The notes under the pieces were generated by a model, which saw only the letters and a list, made by a program, of their open reading frames with translations, made no database searches and was not told the origin of the DNA. From the IMG/VR virus record IMGVR_UViG_3300046557_000516, positions 2,332 through 66,331 of that record: a stretch of DNA of 64,000 nucleotides; one strand, 5' to 3'. How positions within the stretch are numbered: the first letter of the stretch is position 1; every line of letters begins with the position of its first letter. The position numbers and the translations under genes were made by a program. Positions 43,918 through 52,984 of this stretch are shown here, in pieces. Source of the DNA: a virus.

Positions 43918-44990
43918 CCCTTGAAACGATACTTCCAACCAATGCGACGGACTATTTGCTCACCCTCGAGCAAGCGCTTGATATCACGACGCCAACCGCT
44001 GCTGCCGTCGCCTACATGCATGGTTGGAAGTATCATCGGCCGATCGCCGCCGATCTCGCCCCGTTCCTGATCCACGAATACGGCTTGGGCCCGATCTCGG
44101 CATATTTCACCGATGTCAACGCCCTGATCGACCAGGGGCGGGAATGGCAAGAGATCCGCGGCACGCCGCAGGCTGTTATCGACGCCTTGGGGTGGATCGG
44201 CTACAGCTCGCCCGCCGTGCTCGACCAGGTGCTCGGTCGACTCCGCTGGCATCTGTACCAGATCAACATGGGCGCCTTGCCGCTACCGAATGAGCCGAAA
44301 CTGCTGGCAGATGCCGAGTATCTCGCCGACGTTTCCGATCGGGCGCGTTCCGAGTTCTGGCGCGGCTTCTACGGTTACGATGTCCGCGGCTTGACCTGGG
44401 GACGTTCGAAGTGGGGACGCTCTATATGGGGCGACAGCTCCGGCGTCGTTCTCCCGCCTGGAAAGGTGAAGTGGTCGCACGGCCGGCAATGGCAGGTTTC
44501 GATCACAGCTTCCGGCGGCGATGAGACCGCGCTCGGGGTCAACTACCACAATGGCGACCCGCTGACATGGTTGCCGACGCTGACATGGTCGACCCCCGGC
44601 ATCGGCTGGAGCGGCGTCACCGATGCCGTCGCGCTCAAAGCGTGGCTGATGCAGCGGAAGGTGGCGCATATCGGGTTCTACGATTCGACGGGAACGATCA
44701 TCGCTTACGCCCCTGTCTTCATGGCCCCGACCAGGATTGGCACGACGCCGGCAACGGTGCGCTATCAGATCCGGACCGGCTTCGGCGTCGGCTTCGGATC
44801 AACCGTTGCCTCGGTTTCCATGGTTTTCGGCGGCGTCCCCGCTGCCGGGGTGAAGCCCGGGACAAAATGGCTGCTGCCGTCACAGATCACATTCCCTTCG
44901 GGACAGATCAAAGTTGGCACCGCCGCACTCGCTTTGAAGTTTCAACAGACATTCCGTGAGTTCGTGAACGTGGATTTGGTGCTGCCGTAG
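43914..44990 (+). CDS. Baseplate/tail protein (P2 gpI-like)
   Basis: LP.NAT..LE; PFL..EYGL; RGTP.AV..ALGW. Confidence 0.75.
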   Translation: MTLETILPTNATDYLLTLEQALDITTPTAAAVAYMHGWKYHRPIAADLAPFLIHEYGLGPISAYFTDVNALIDQGREWQEIRGTPQAVIDALGWIGYSSPAVLDQVLGRLRWHLYQINMGALPLPNEPKLLADAEYLADVSDRARSEFWRGFYGYDVRGLTWGRSKWGRSIWGDSSGVVLPPGKVKWSHGRQWQVSITASGGDETALGVNYHNGDPLTWLPTLTWSTPGIGWSGVTDAVALKAWLMQRKVAHIGFYDSTGTIIAYAPVFMAPTRIGTTPATVRYQIRTGFGVGFGSTVASVSMVFGGVPAAGVKPGTKWLLPSQITFPSGQIKVGTAALALKFQQTFREFVNVDLVLP

Positions 44991-45055
44991 CCTCCAGGCC
45001 GCGGAACGCGCTCCTCGTCTCTCTACGGCCCGACCAGCGGCGATAGGATCCCTAA

Positions 45056-48000
45056 ATGACCGACGGCACCAACGTTTTCGACCCAACCTTGTTTCCGCAG
45101 TACGATGCGGTCCGCGATCGCCGGCCGATACGCCCGCAAATCGAGCGCACCTATTACCCGGAAGGAGCCTTCGCGCAGGGCGCCGATGTCAATGAAGGTT
45201 TCTCGATCGAGGTCGACAAGCGCAAAGCAATCGGCAACCTGATCGCATCTGACGGTGACCGGCTCTCCGGTGGCGATATCGTTGTCAACGTCGGCGCCTC
45301 GACCGTGTTCATCTCCGATGGTGAAGTCTACGCCCAGGGCGGCCGTCGCTCCATCGCTGCGAAAACGCTGACGGCTGTCCCGATGACCGGCGCCGTTACC
45401 TTGGGGTTCCGTCGCGTCGAAACCATCGTGACTTCAGACGATGACGCCATCTATCTCGGATTGGTCGCCGCGGCCGTCGAAAGCTACGGTGAGCCTGGGG
45501 CGATCCGGACGATCTGGACGTTCTCTTGGGCCTTCGACACCGATGGCGGCACCGGCGATTTCTTCGCCTATGTCCACATGAAGGATGGAGTCGTTGTCGC
45601 GCAGAGCGCCCCTCCAACTCTGTCTGGCGTCCAGCAGCAGATCGCGGTCTACGACTACGACGCCCACGAAAACTACGTGGTGCGCGGCTGCAATGTGTCC
45701 GCACTCGGCAAGACTGGATCCTCCCAGGTGTTTTCGATCGCTGAAGGCGTCGCCAACATCATGGGGTTCAAGGCAACCCGCAATTCGGCGAACCTGTTCA
45801 ACCAGGTCGAAAACCCGGATCTCGGGACGGTGAGCTCGGAGCCAAGCACCTTTGCCGATGGTGGCACCGGAACCGCGGTTATCACGACGCGCCGCTTCCC
45901 GATCGCGGCGGTCAATTCTGCCATCGTGACGAAGCAGCGAACCGTTACGATCACCAAGGGCGTCAACGGTTCTGTCGACGCGCTTCCGGATAGCGGGGTC
46001 ACCACGATCCTTTCTGTTGTCCAGGGCGTCACAACGTACACGACGCCGACCAGCTACTCCCAAGTCGGCGACGCCGTCGACTGGACCTCAGGCGGCGCGC
46101 AGCCGACGACGGGATCGTCCTACCAGGTCACCTATCAGTACCTTGTAGCGGTCACCCCGACGGCCGTGACACCAACAACGATCACCTTGACAGGCGGCGT
46201 CACCGGTTCGACCGTGCTGCTGATCTATACCTACAAGCTGCCTAGGATCGATAAGATCGGCCTCGACCAGGACGGCAACGTCGTCTACTTGACCGGGATA
46301 TCGGCACAGACGAGACCGCAGCCTCCTCAGGTTCCGACCGTGATCCTGTCGCTGGCAACGATCACCAATGACTGGCTGAACACCCCGACGGTGAAGAACG
46401 ACGGCATCCGCGCCTACCCGTTCCCGCTGATCGACCGGATGTACAACAAGCTGCTCAACCTCCTCAACGAGGTCACGCTGCAGAAGCAGAGCTTGGACAT
46501 CAACATCCGCTCCGCCGGATCCGCCAATGGCGTCTTCAGTGACCCATTGACATCGGACGTCTTCCGCGACGCCGGCTACGGGCAGAACGGCGCCGTCTTC
46601 AACGGATCATTCCAGATACCGATCGCGCCGACGTTTCAGCCGATCTCGGCCTCAGGCCCTCTAATGCTGGACTTCCAGCAGGAGACCGTGATCTCGCAGA
46701 CCTTGATTTCGGGGTGCGCGCCGATCAACCCGTATATGTCGTTCACCCCGCTGCCGGCGATCATCACGATCACCCCGGGAGAGGATTATTGGACGCAGCA
46801 GCAGACGGTTTGGCTGTCGGAACAGACCCAGGTTTTCGGATCTGGCAACACGGAGCGCGTCGTCGACACCACGGTTCTTTCCTCCGTGGCGTCGGCGCCG
46901 ATCCGCTATCTCCGCCAGATCACCGTCGGGTTCACCATCTCGAAATTCGGGGTGGGCGAAACGCTGTCGAAGCTTGTATTCGCCGATCATGACGTCACCC
47001 CAGGCGGCCCGCTTACCGCCAACGGTTCCGGCATCATTACCGGTTCCTTCGTCATCCCGGCCGGCGTGCCTTCAGGCTCCAAGCTTGTTGTCGCAACCGG
47101 CGGATCCGGAGCGATCTGCGCCGCCACGTTTACCGGCCAAGGCATGCTCGAGATCACAGAGCTGCAACAGGTGACGTCGGTCCAGCGCTACCAGGTCAAC
47201 CCGCCGGCCCGCTTGCCGGTTGTCCAGGTCAAGGCGTCGTCTGATCCCGCCGCTGCGAAGTCGTTTGTGACGCAACGCGGCGGTCCGGACCCGCAGGCGC
47301 AAAGCTTCGTATTGGTGGACGGCCGGCACATCAGTTCGGTCGACATCAAGTTCTGCGCCATCGGCGACGTCACGAAACCAGTCATCGTCGAGTTTGTGAC
47401 GATGGAGAACGGCTTCCCGACGCCAGTCGTGATCGCCCAGGCAGAGATCGACATGTCGACGGTCTTTGCGAACCAATGGACCAGCTTTGTTTTCCCGGTG
47501 CCGTTCTACTTGCCGGAGAACCAGTTCTTTGCCTTTGTCATCAAGACGAACGATCCGACGCACGCGATCTCGATCGCCGACCGCGGGCAGTTCGACGCGA
47601 TCAACCAGAAATGGATTGCCTCGCAGCCTTATACGGTTGGAACCAGGTTCTCGTCATCAAACGCGGAAACCTGGACCGTCCACCAGGACTCCGACATCAC
47701 CTTCCGGCTGAACTGTGCCGTCTTCAACCCGGTATCAAAGACGGTTTCTCTCGGCGTTTTCGCCGTGACCAACTGTTCCGATCTCATCATGCGGGGTGAC
47801 ATCTTCCTGCCAACGGATGACACCTCGGTTGCCTTCGATGTCACCTTCGGTTCGGAACCAACGGTCCGGGTGCTCCCCGACCAGGTCTTGGAGCGGACAT
47901 CGTTCTTTACCGGCAACGTGACGATCAAGGCGATCTTGTCTGGATCGACCACGTTGAGCCCGGTTGTCGGCAAGGATCTGCTGGCCATCTTCGGCACCAT

Positions 48001-48298
48001 GCAGGCAAACGGCGTCTATGTGTCCGATGCTTGGGCCATGGGAACCGCGATCAAGCTTGATGCCGTGATGTCCTTGAAGCTGCCGGTTGGCTCCTCGCTT
48101 CTAGTCGAGGCGGACCCAACCACAAACACCTGGACCACGCTGCCGCAGATCGCCGCCATTGCGATCGACGGCGGCTACACGGAAACGACCTTCGAAAAGA
48201 CGCCGTACACCGCGCCACTTGGCAGGCTCCGGCTAACATTAACCGGGACACCGGCGGCTCGGCCGACTGTGGCCGATCTGCGCGCGTGGACGATTTAA
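45056..48298 (+). CDS. Large virion structural protein (DUF4815-like)
   Basis: Position; YKLPRIDK, F.DP...D..RD.G, DP.AQSF, SSNA.TW. Confidence 0.75.
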   Translation: MTDGTNVFDPTLFPQYDAVRDRRPIRPQIERTYYPEGAFAQGADVNEGFSIEVDKRKAIGNLIASDGDRLSGGDIVVNVGASTVFISDGEVYAQGGRRSIAAKTLTAVPMTGAVTLGFRRVETIVTSDDDAIYLGLVAAAVESYGEPGAIRTIWTFSWAFDTDGGTGDFFAYVHMKDGVVVAQSAPPTLSGVQQQIAVYDYDAHENYVVRGCNVSALGKTGSSQVFSIAEGVANIMGFKATRNSANLFNQVENPDLGTVSSEPSTFADGGTGTAVITTRRFPIAAVNSAIVTKQRTVTITKGVNGSVDALPDSGVTTILSVVQGVTTYTTPTSYSQVGDAVDWTSGGAQPTTGSSYQVTYQYLVAVTPTAVTPTTITLTGGVTGSTVLLIYTYKLPRIDKIGLDQDGNVVYLTGISAQTRPQPPQVPTVILSLATITNDWLNTPTVKNDGIRAYPFPLIDRMYNKLLNLLNEVTLQKQSLDINIRSAGSANGVFSDPLTSDVFRDAGYGQNGAVFNGSFQIPIAPTFQPISASGPLMLDFQQETVISQTLISGCAPINPYMSFTPLPAIITITPGEDYWTQQQTVWLSEQTQVFGSGNTERVVDTTVLSSVASAPIRYLRQITVGFTISKFGVGETLSKLVFADHDVTPGGPLTANGSGIITGSFVIPAGVPSGSKLVVATGGSGAICAATFTGQGMLEITELQQVTSVQRYQVNPPARLPVVQVKASSDPAAAKSFVTQRGGPDPQAQSFVLVDGRHISSVDIKFCAIGDVTKPVIVEFVTMENGFPTPVVIAQAEIDMSTVFANQWTSFVFPVPFYLPENQFFAFVIKTNDPTHAISIADRGQFDAINQKWIASQPYTVGTRFSSSNAETWTVHQDSDITFRLNCAVFNPVSKTVSLGVFAVTNCSDLIMRGDIFLPTDDTSVAFDVTFGSEPTVRVLPDQVLERTSFFTGNVTIKAILSGSTTLSPVVGKDLLAIFGTMQANGVYVSDAWAMGTAIKLDAVMSLKLPVGSSLLVEADPTTNTWTTLPQIAAIAIDGGYTETTFEKTPYTAPLGRLRLTLTGTPAARPTVADLRAWTI

Positions 48299-48311
48299 GG
48301 GGCTCTGATCA

Positions 48312-49889
48312 GTGACCATCATTGACAACAGGACGGTGCATCGGAACTACCCGCTTCCGAACAACGCCAATAATCTCTTGGATGACGTCGCCCGCCTCAT
48401 CCTTTCGATCATCGATGTCGACGTTGACATCGATGCTCTCTACGCTGCGGTTGCCGCGGCGACGTCAACGGTCTCTCCGCATTTCACCGGGACGCCCACT
48501 GCGCCGACCCCGACGGCCGGCGACAACAGCGGCACGCTAGCGACGACGGCCTTCATCACGACGGCCCTCGTCAACTTCCTGACGTCGCCTGCCTTCCTTG
48601 TCTCGCCAACGGCGCCGACGCAGATCGTTTCCGACAACAGCACGAAGCTTGCAAACACCGCGTTTGTCGCCCGGGCCGTTGCCAATCTGGTCAACTCATC
48701 GCCGGCGAGCCTCGACACCTTGAAGGAGCTCGCCGACGCGCTTGGCGATGATGCCAACTTCGCAACGACGATCACAACGCTGATCGCAACGAAGCTGGCG
48801 CTGTCCGGCGGGACGATGTCTGGCGATATCGCCATGGCCGGGCACAACATCTCCGGCCTCGCGCAGATCAACGGCGCCGGGATCAAGGGGAACCGAAGCG
48901 CGGTCATCAATGGAAACTTTGATATCTGGCAGCGCGCTCTGTCGTCGACCGCGAACGGGTTCGGATCTGCAGATCGCAGCGCAGACCTTCATAGCGGGTC
49001 TACAAAAACGCACTCTCAGCAGGCGTTCACCCCAGGGCAGACGGCCGTGCCTGGGAACCCGAAGTTCTTCTCCAGAACCGCAGTCACATCCGTCGCTGGC
49101 GCTGGCAACTATGTCCTAAAGTCGTGGCCGATCGAGGACGTCAATACCTACGCCGGCAAGACGGTCACCGCGGTATTTTGGGCTAGATCGTCAGTCGCGC
49201 AAAACATGGCGTTCGATATGCGCCAGTATTTCGGCACCGGCGGATCTCCATCCGCCGATGTCACCGCGATCGGGGCGCAGCGACTCGCCTTGACGACGTC
49301 CTGGCAGAAGTTCGCACTGGTTATCAGCGTCCCGCCGATCAATAGTAAGACGCTAGGAACCAATGGCGATCACGCCTTGATCCCGACGATGTGGTTCGAC
49401 GCTGGATCAAGTTTCAATGCGCGCACAGGCTCGCTCGGCCAGTTGTCAGGAACATTTGACATATCTCGTTTTGATCTCATCGAGGGCGACGTCAGCCTGG
49501 AGCCTGACCCGCACGCCAATGAGTCGCTATGGGAGACGTTGCGGAAGTGCGAACGGTACTGCGAAAAGTCATACGACTACGGGCTCTTCCAAGGAAGTTC
49601 AGGAAGCGGGCCAGTGTTTGAGACATCGTTAGATGTGCAGACTTTTCATGGGGCCGGTTACACTAAATTCAGGACTAGAAAAAGGGTTTCCCCTACCCTG
49701 ACATTGTGGGCGGCCGTAACCGGAACCGCTGGTGTTTTTTATAATTATTCAACCTCGGCAAACCAAGGCAACACGGCTGTTTCCAGCGTTTGCGAGACAG
49801 CATTTCGGGCGTATTGCGGCAATAATGCGCTGACGGCTAACAACCTTTTTGGTTTCCAGTGGCTAGCAGAAAGCGAGTTGGCACCATGA
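48312..49889 (+). CDS. Tail fibre protein
   Basis: SP.FTG.PTAPT repeats, LDTLKELA.ALG.D.NF, INGNFDIWQR, C.RY.EK. Confidence 0.88.
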   Translation: MTIIDNRTVHRNYPLPNNANNLLDDVARLILSIIDVDVDIDALYAAVAAATSTVSPHFTGTPTAPTPTAGDNSGTLATTAFITTALVNFLTSPAFLVSPTAPTQIVSDNSTKLANTAFVARAVANLVNSSPASLDTLKELADALGDDANFATTITTLIATKLALSGGTMSGDIAMAGHNISGLAQINGAGIKGNRSAVINGNFDIWQRALSSTANGFGSADRSADLHSGSTKTHSQQAFTPGQTAVPGNPKFFSRTAVTSVAGAGNYVLKSWPIEDVNTYAGKTVTAVFWARSSVAQNMAFDMRQYFGTGGSPSADVTAIGAQRLALTTSWQKFALVISVPPINSKTLGTNGDHALIPTMWFDAGSSFNARTGSLGQLSGTFDISRFDLIEGDVSLEPDPHANESLWETLRKCERYCEKSYDYGLFQGSSGSGPVFETSLDVQTFHGAGYTKFRTRKRVSPTLTLWAAVTGTAGVFYNYSTSANQGNTAVSSVCETAFRAYCGNNALTANNLFGFQWLAESELAP

Positions 49890-50341
49890 TGACTGTGATC
49901 GGGTTTATCGACCCTACCATGACCACGATCCAAATAGAGGAAGACGGCGTCTCCAGCTCCGTCCCCAACGACATAAGAAACACCCACCGCCAAGCCATCG
50001 CCGATTGGGAAGCGGAGGGCAATACGATCCCGCCCTACGCCGCCCCTCCCCCGCCGACTCCGGATCAGATCAGCGATCGGCAGTTCTTTCAGGAGCTTTC
50101 GATCATGGGCTTGATTACCCAGGCGGAAGCGTTGTCCGCTGTTCAAGTCGGGACGATACCGGCCGCGATGGAAACCTTCATCGGCTCTCTTCCATCTGCG
50201 CAGCAATTCAGCGCGCGGATGGTGCTGACCGGAGCGACCACATTCCAGCGCTCGCACCCGCTTGTCGCAATGTTCGGCGCCGCCCAAGGGATGACGTCGG
50301 CGCAGATCGACGCACTATGGATCGCCGCCTCGGCGCTCTAA
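49886..50341 (+). CDS. Tail-fibre-associated protein
   Basis: W...GN.I.PY; IS.RQF; F.R.HPLV; QIDALW..A..L. Confidence 0.7.
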   Translation: MMTVIGFIDPTMTTIQIEEDGVSSSVPNDIRNTHRQAIADWEAEGNTIPPYAAPPPPTPDQISDRQFFQELSIMGLITQAEALSAVQVGTIPAAMETFIGSLPSAQQFSARMVLTGATTFQRSHPLVAMFGAAQGMTSAQIDALWIAASAL

Positions 50342-50403
50342 ACTGAAGTCCACCCAAGCCGGCGCCTCGCCGATAATTCCCCAACCACATAGGAGAAAAC
50401 TCG

Positions 50404-51879
50404 ATGACTCAGGTCATGGGTATCAAGATGCTGCGCGACGGCCTGTCGCCGCAGTCTGTTATCGGCGCGGACATGGCCGTCATCGGTGTCGTCGGCACCG
50501 CCCCGCTTGCCAATGCGACGCTGTTCCCGCTGGACACGCCGGTCCTGGTCAACACCAATGACGCCGTCATGGTCGCCGCGCTTGGCTCCACCGGCACGCT
50601 GGCTGATGCCATCAAGGCGATCTCGGCGCAGATGAACAACACGGCGGCCGCCAAGGTTGTCGTTTGCCGCGTCACGTACGATGCGGTCACCGCCAACCAG
50701 ATCACGAACCTGCTCGGGTCCGAAGGCGCTGGCACTGGCATCTGGTCGCTGCTCGAGGGCCCGCAGACCCTTGGTCTCACCCCGCGCCTGCTCGTTGTGC
50801 CTGGCTTCTCGTCGCAGACTGAGAACGGCGTCGCCTCCATCGCGATCAACACCCCGGGTATCAACTACACCGCTGACTTCGCTGTCACCGCAACGGGCGG
50901 CGGCGGCACCGGTTTCGCCGGCATCGCCCACGTCGCCGATGGGGCCATCCAGTCGATCGAGATCACGAACCCGGGAAAGAGCTACACGACTCCCCCGACC
51001 CTCGTGCTCACCGCAGGATCCGGCACCACTGGCGCCGCGACTGCAACGCTTGGCGCCGTCGGCAATCAGATCTGCGCGACGATGCCAACCATCGCCGGCC
51101 GTCTGAAAGCGAAGTGGATCCCGGAAGGCCCGACCACGTACTCGGCTTGGCTCACCTGGCTCGGCACGCTGCCCCGCGACATGAACACGCTGCACCCGCT
51201 GCAGCAGAGCGCACTAGTAACGGTTGCCGGTTCCACGGTATCAAAGCCGCTGTCGCCCTACGTCGCCGCTCTCTACGCGCAGCAGGACAATGCCAACGGC
51301 GGCATCCCTTCGCACTGCGTCGCCAACCAGCCGATCCTCGGTATCGTCGGGGTGTCACCCGCGATCGTCCTGGACATCACCAACGATTCCAGCCCGGGGA
51401 TGGCGGCCATCTTCAACCACGCCGGTATCGTGGTGAAGGGTGACAGCTCCGATGGTGCGTTGTCGGACGGCGGCTTCACATTTTGGGGCACGGACACGCT
51501 GTCGTCGGATACGCAATGGCTCTTTGCCAACGTGGTCCGCCTCCGCGACTACATGGAATTGTCGCTGACCCGCACGCTGCGGTTCTACCTCGGCAAGTTC
51601 AATCTGACGCTCCAGACCGTCCAGGCCGTTGTCAACACGATGGAGACCTTCCTCTCCAGGCTGCGGGCGGACAATCACATCATTGATTTCCGGATCGGCT
51701 TCGATCCGAACGCCAATGACCCGGCGTCGCTCCGCCTCGGTTTCCTCACGCTTCAGTTCGAAGCGGAAGAGCCGGCGCCGTTGCGCTTGCTGACCATCAG
51801 CTCGCGTCGTTACGCAGATGCTTTGACGACTCTCGTGTCGAACATCTCGATCGCTCTCGGAACCCTCGCCGCCGCCTAA
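50404..51879 (+). CDS. Contractile tail sheath protein
   Basis: VIG.VGTAP.A...FPL.TPVL; PRLL.VPG; FWG..T; FANV.R. Confidence 0.93.
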   Translation: MTQVMGIKMLRDGLSPQSVIGADMAVIGVVGTAPLANATLFPLDTPVLVNTNDAVMVAALGSTGTLADAIKAISAQMNNTAAAKVVVCRVTYDAVTANQITNLLGSEGAGTGIWSLLEGPQTLGLTPRLLVVPGFSSQTENGVASIAINTPGINYTADFAVTATGGGGTGFAGIAHVADGAIQSIEITNPGKSYTTPPTLVLTAGSGTTGAATATLGAVGNQICATMPTIAGRLKAKWIPEGPTTYSAWLTWLGTLPRDMNTLHPLQQSALVTVAGSTVSKPLSPYVAALYAQQDNANGGIPSHCVANQPILGIVGVSPAIVLDITNDSSPGMAAIFNHAGIVVKGDSSDGALSDGGFTFWGTDTLSSDTQWLFANVVRLRDYMELSLTRTLRFYLGKFNLTLQTVQAVVNTMETFLSRLRADNHIIDFRIGFDPNANDPASLRLGFLTLQFEAEEPAPLRLLTISSRRYADALTTLVSNISIALGTLAAA

Positions 51880-51915
51880 TCCGCGCGTCGCCTTTGAAAT
51901 TGGAGAAACACGGAA

Positions 51916-52458
51916 ATGGCCGGAACCATTCTCAATCTCGACACCGCCAACTTGTTTGCCGGTGACGACGATCCGAACAACTCACAGTTCCTAACCTTGA
52001 ACAGCATCAAGTGGCCGGATCTCGATGAGAAGATGAAGGCTCACAACCCGGGCGGCGGCGTCATGGCCGTTGACGTCGGGATGCGTTCCCTCGACCCGAT
52101 GACGCTTAGCTTTAAGCTCGCCGGGATACAGCCGGATGTCATGAACCAGTTCATGAACGGCTCGCCACGCCGCAAGAAGTACACGATACGCGGCAACTTG
52201 AATGACCTAAAGACACAGGCCGACATCCCTGTTCTCGGGGTTATCGAGGGCCGGATGATCTCGGTCAAGGTTGGCGAATTCACCAAGGACAACGGCCTCG
52301 ACACCGACTACATGATCAAAGAGGTTGTCTCCTACTCGCTCTTCATCGACGGCGTCGAGAAGCTCTATTTCGACCTCTTTGCCGGCCCGCGTGGGGTTCG
52401 CATCGATGGCGTTCCGATCTTCAATGACGTCGCCCGCAACATCGGATTGGGTGTCTAA
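51916..52458 (+). CDS. Tail tube protein (P2 FII-like)
   Basis: Follows sheath; P.L......H.PGG; IEGR; Y.L..DG. Confidence 0.8.
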   Translation: MAGTILNLDTANLFAGDDDPNNSQFLTLNSIKWPDLDEKMKAHNPGGGVMAVDVGMRSLDPMTLSFKLAGIQPDVMNQFMNGSPRRKKYTIRGNLNDLKTQADIPVLGVIEGRMISVKVGEFTKDNGLDTDYMIKEVVSYSLFIDGVEKLYFDLFAGPRGVRIDGVPIFNDVARNIGLGV

Positions 52459-52817
52459 TGACCGACAAAATCGCAGCACAGACAACGCAGTCGGCGACCC
52501 CGCCGGCTGCAGAGGAAGGCCCGAAGCTTGCCAAGATCGTGACCACGAAGGTCATCGAGCGGTTCGTCGATCTCGACTACCCTGTCGAATACGACGGCAC
52601 GCTCTACACGGCGATCCGCGTCCACCGTGTCACCGGGACGGCGATCAACGAGTACGTCGAGAAGATGGGCACGCCTGAAGAGTCTCCCTTCCCTCCCGCC
52701 ATCGATTGCCCGGTTCCTGTCTGGAAAGCCATGGATGCCGATGACATCGACGCCGTCGCGGAGGCGGCAATGGATTTTTTGCCCCGAAGGATGAGGAAGG
52801 GAATCGAGTCGACCTGA
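52458..52817 (+). CDS. Tail assembly chaperone (gpE-like)
   Basis: L.YPV.YDG..Y..I; MDADD; ends DFLP. Confidence 0.8.
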   Translation: MTDKIAAQTTQSATPPAAEEGPKLAKIVTTKVIERFVDLDYPVEYDGTLYTAIRVHRVTGTAINEYVEKMGTPEESPFPPAIDCPVPVWKAMDADDIDAVAEAAMDFLPRRMRKGIEST

Positions 52818-52978
52818 GATCCTGGCGGCAATATGTCGGGCTTGTCAGCGCCACGTTCTCCACCTCGATCGACCAGGTCACCGCCTGGGAGTGGTTGAAA
52901 ATACTGGAGTGGTATGTCGAAGCCTACAACATGAAGATCGTCGACATCTACATCCAAACGCGGATCGCGCAGAGGTAA
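52775..52978 (+). other. -1 frameshift site T TTT TTG and gpE'-like extension
   Basis: Slippery run 52775-52781; -1 frame open to TAA at 52976-52978, just before the tape measure gene. Confidence 0.75.
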
Positions 52979-52984
52979 GGGACT

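Noticed and set aside
48312-49889. Diversity-generating retroelement target
   Set aside because: No reverse transcriptase or template/variable repeat pair seen
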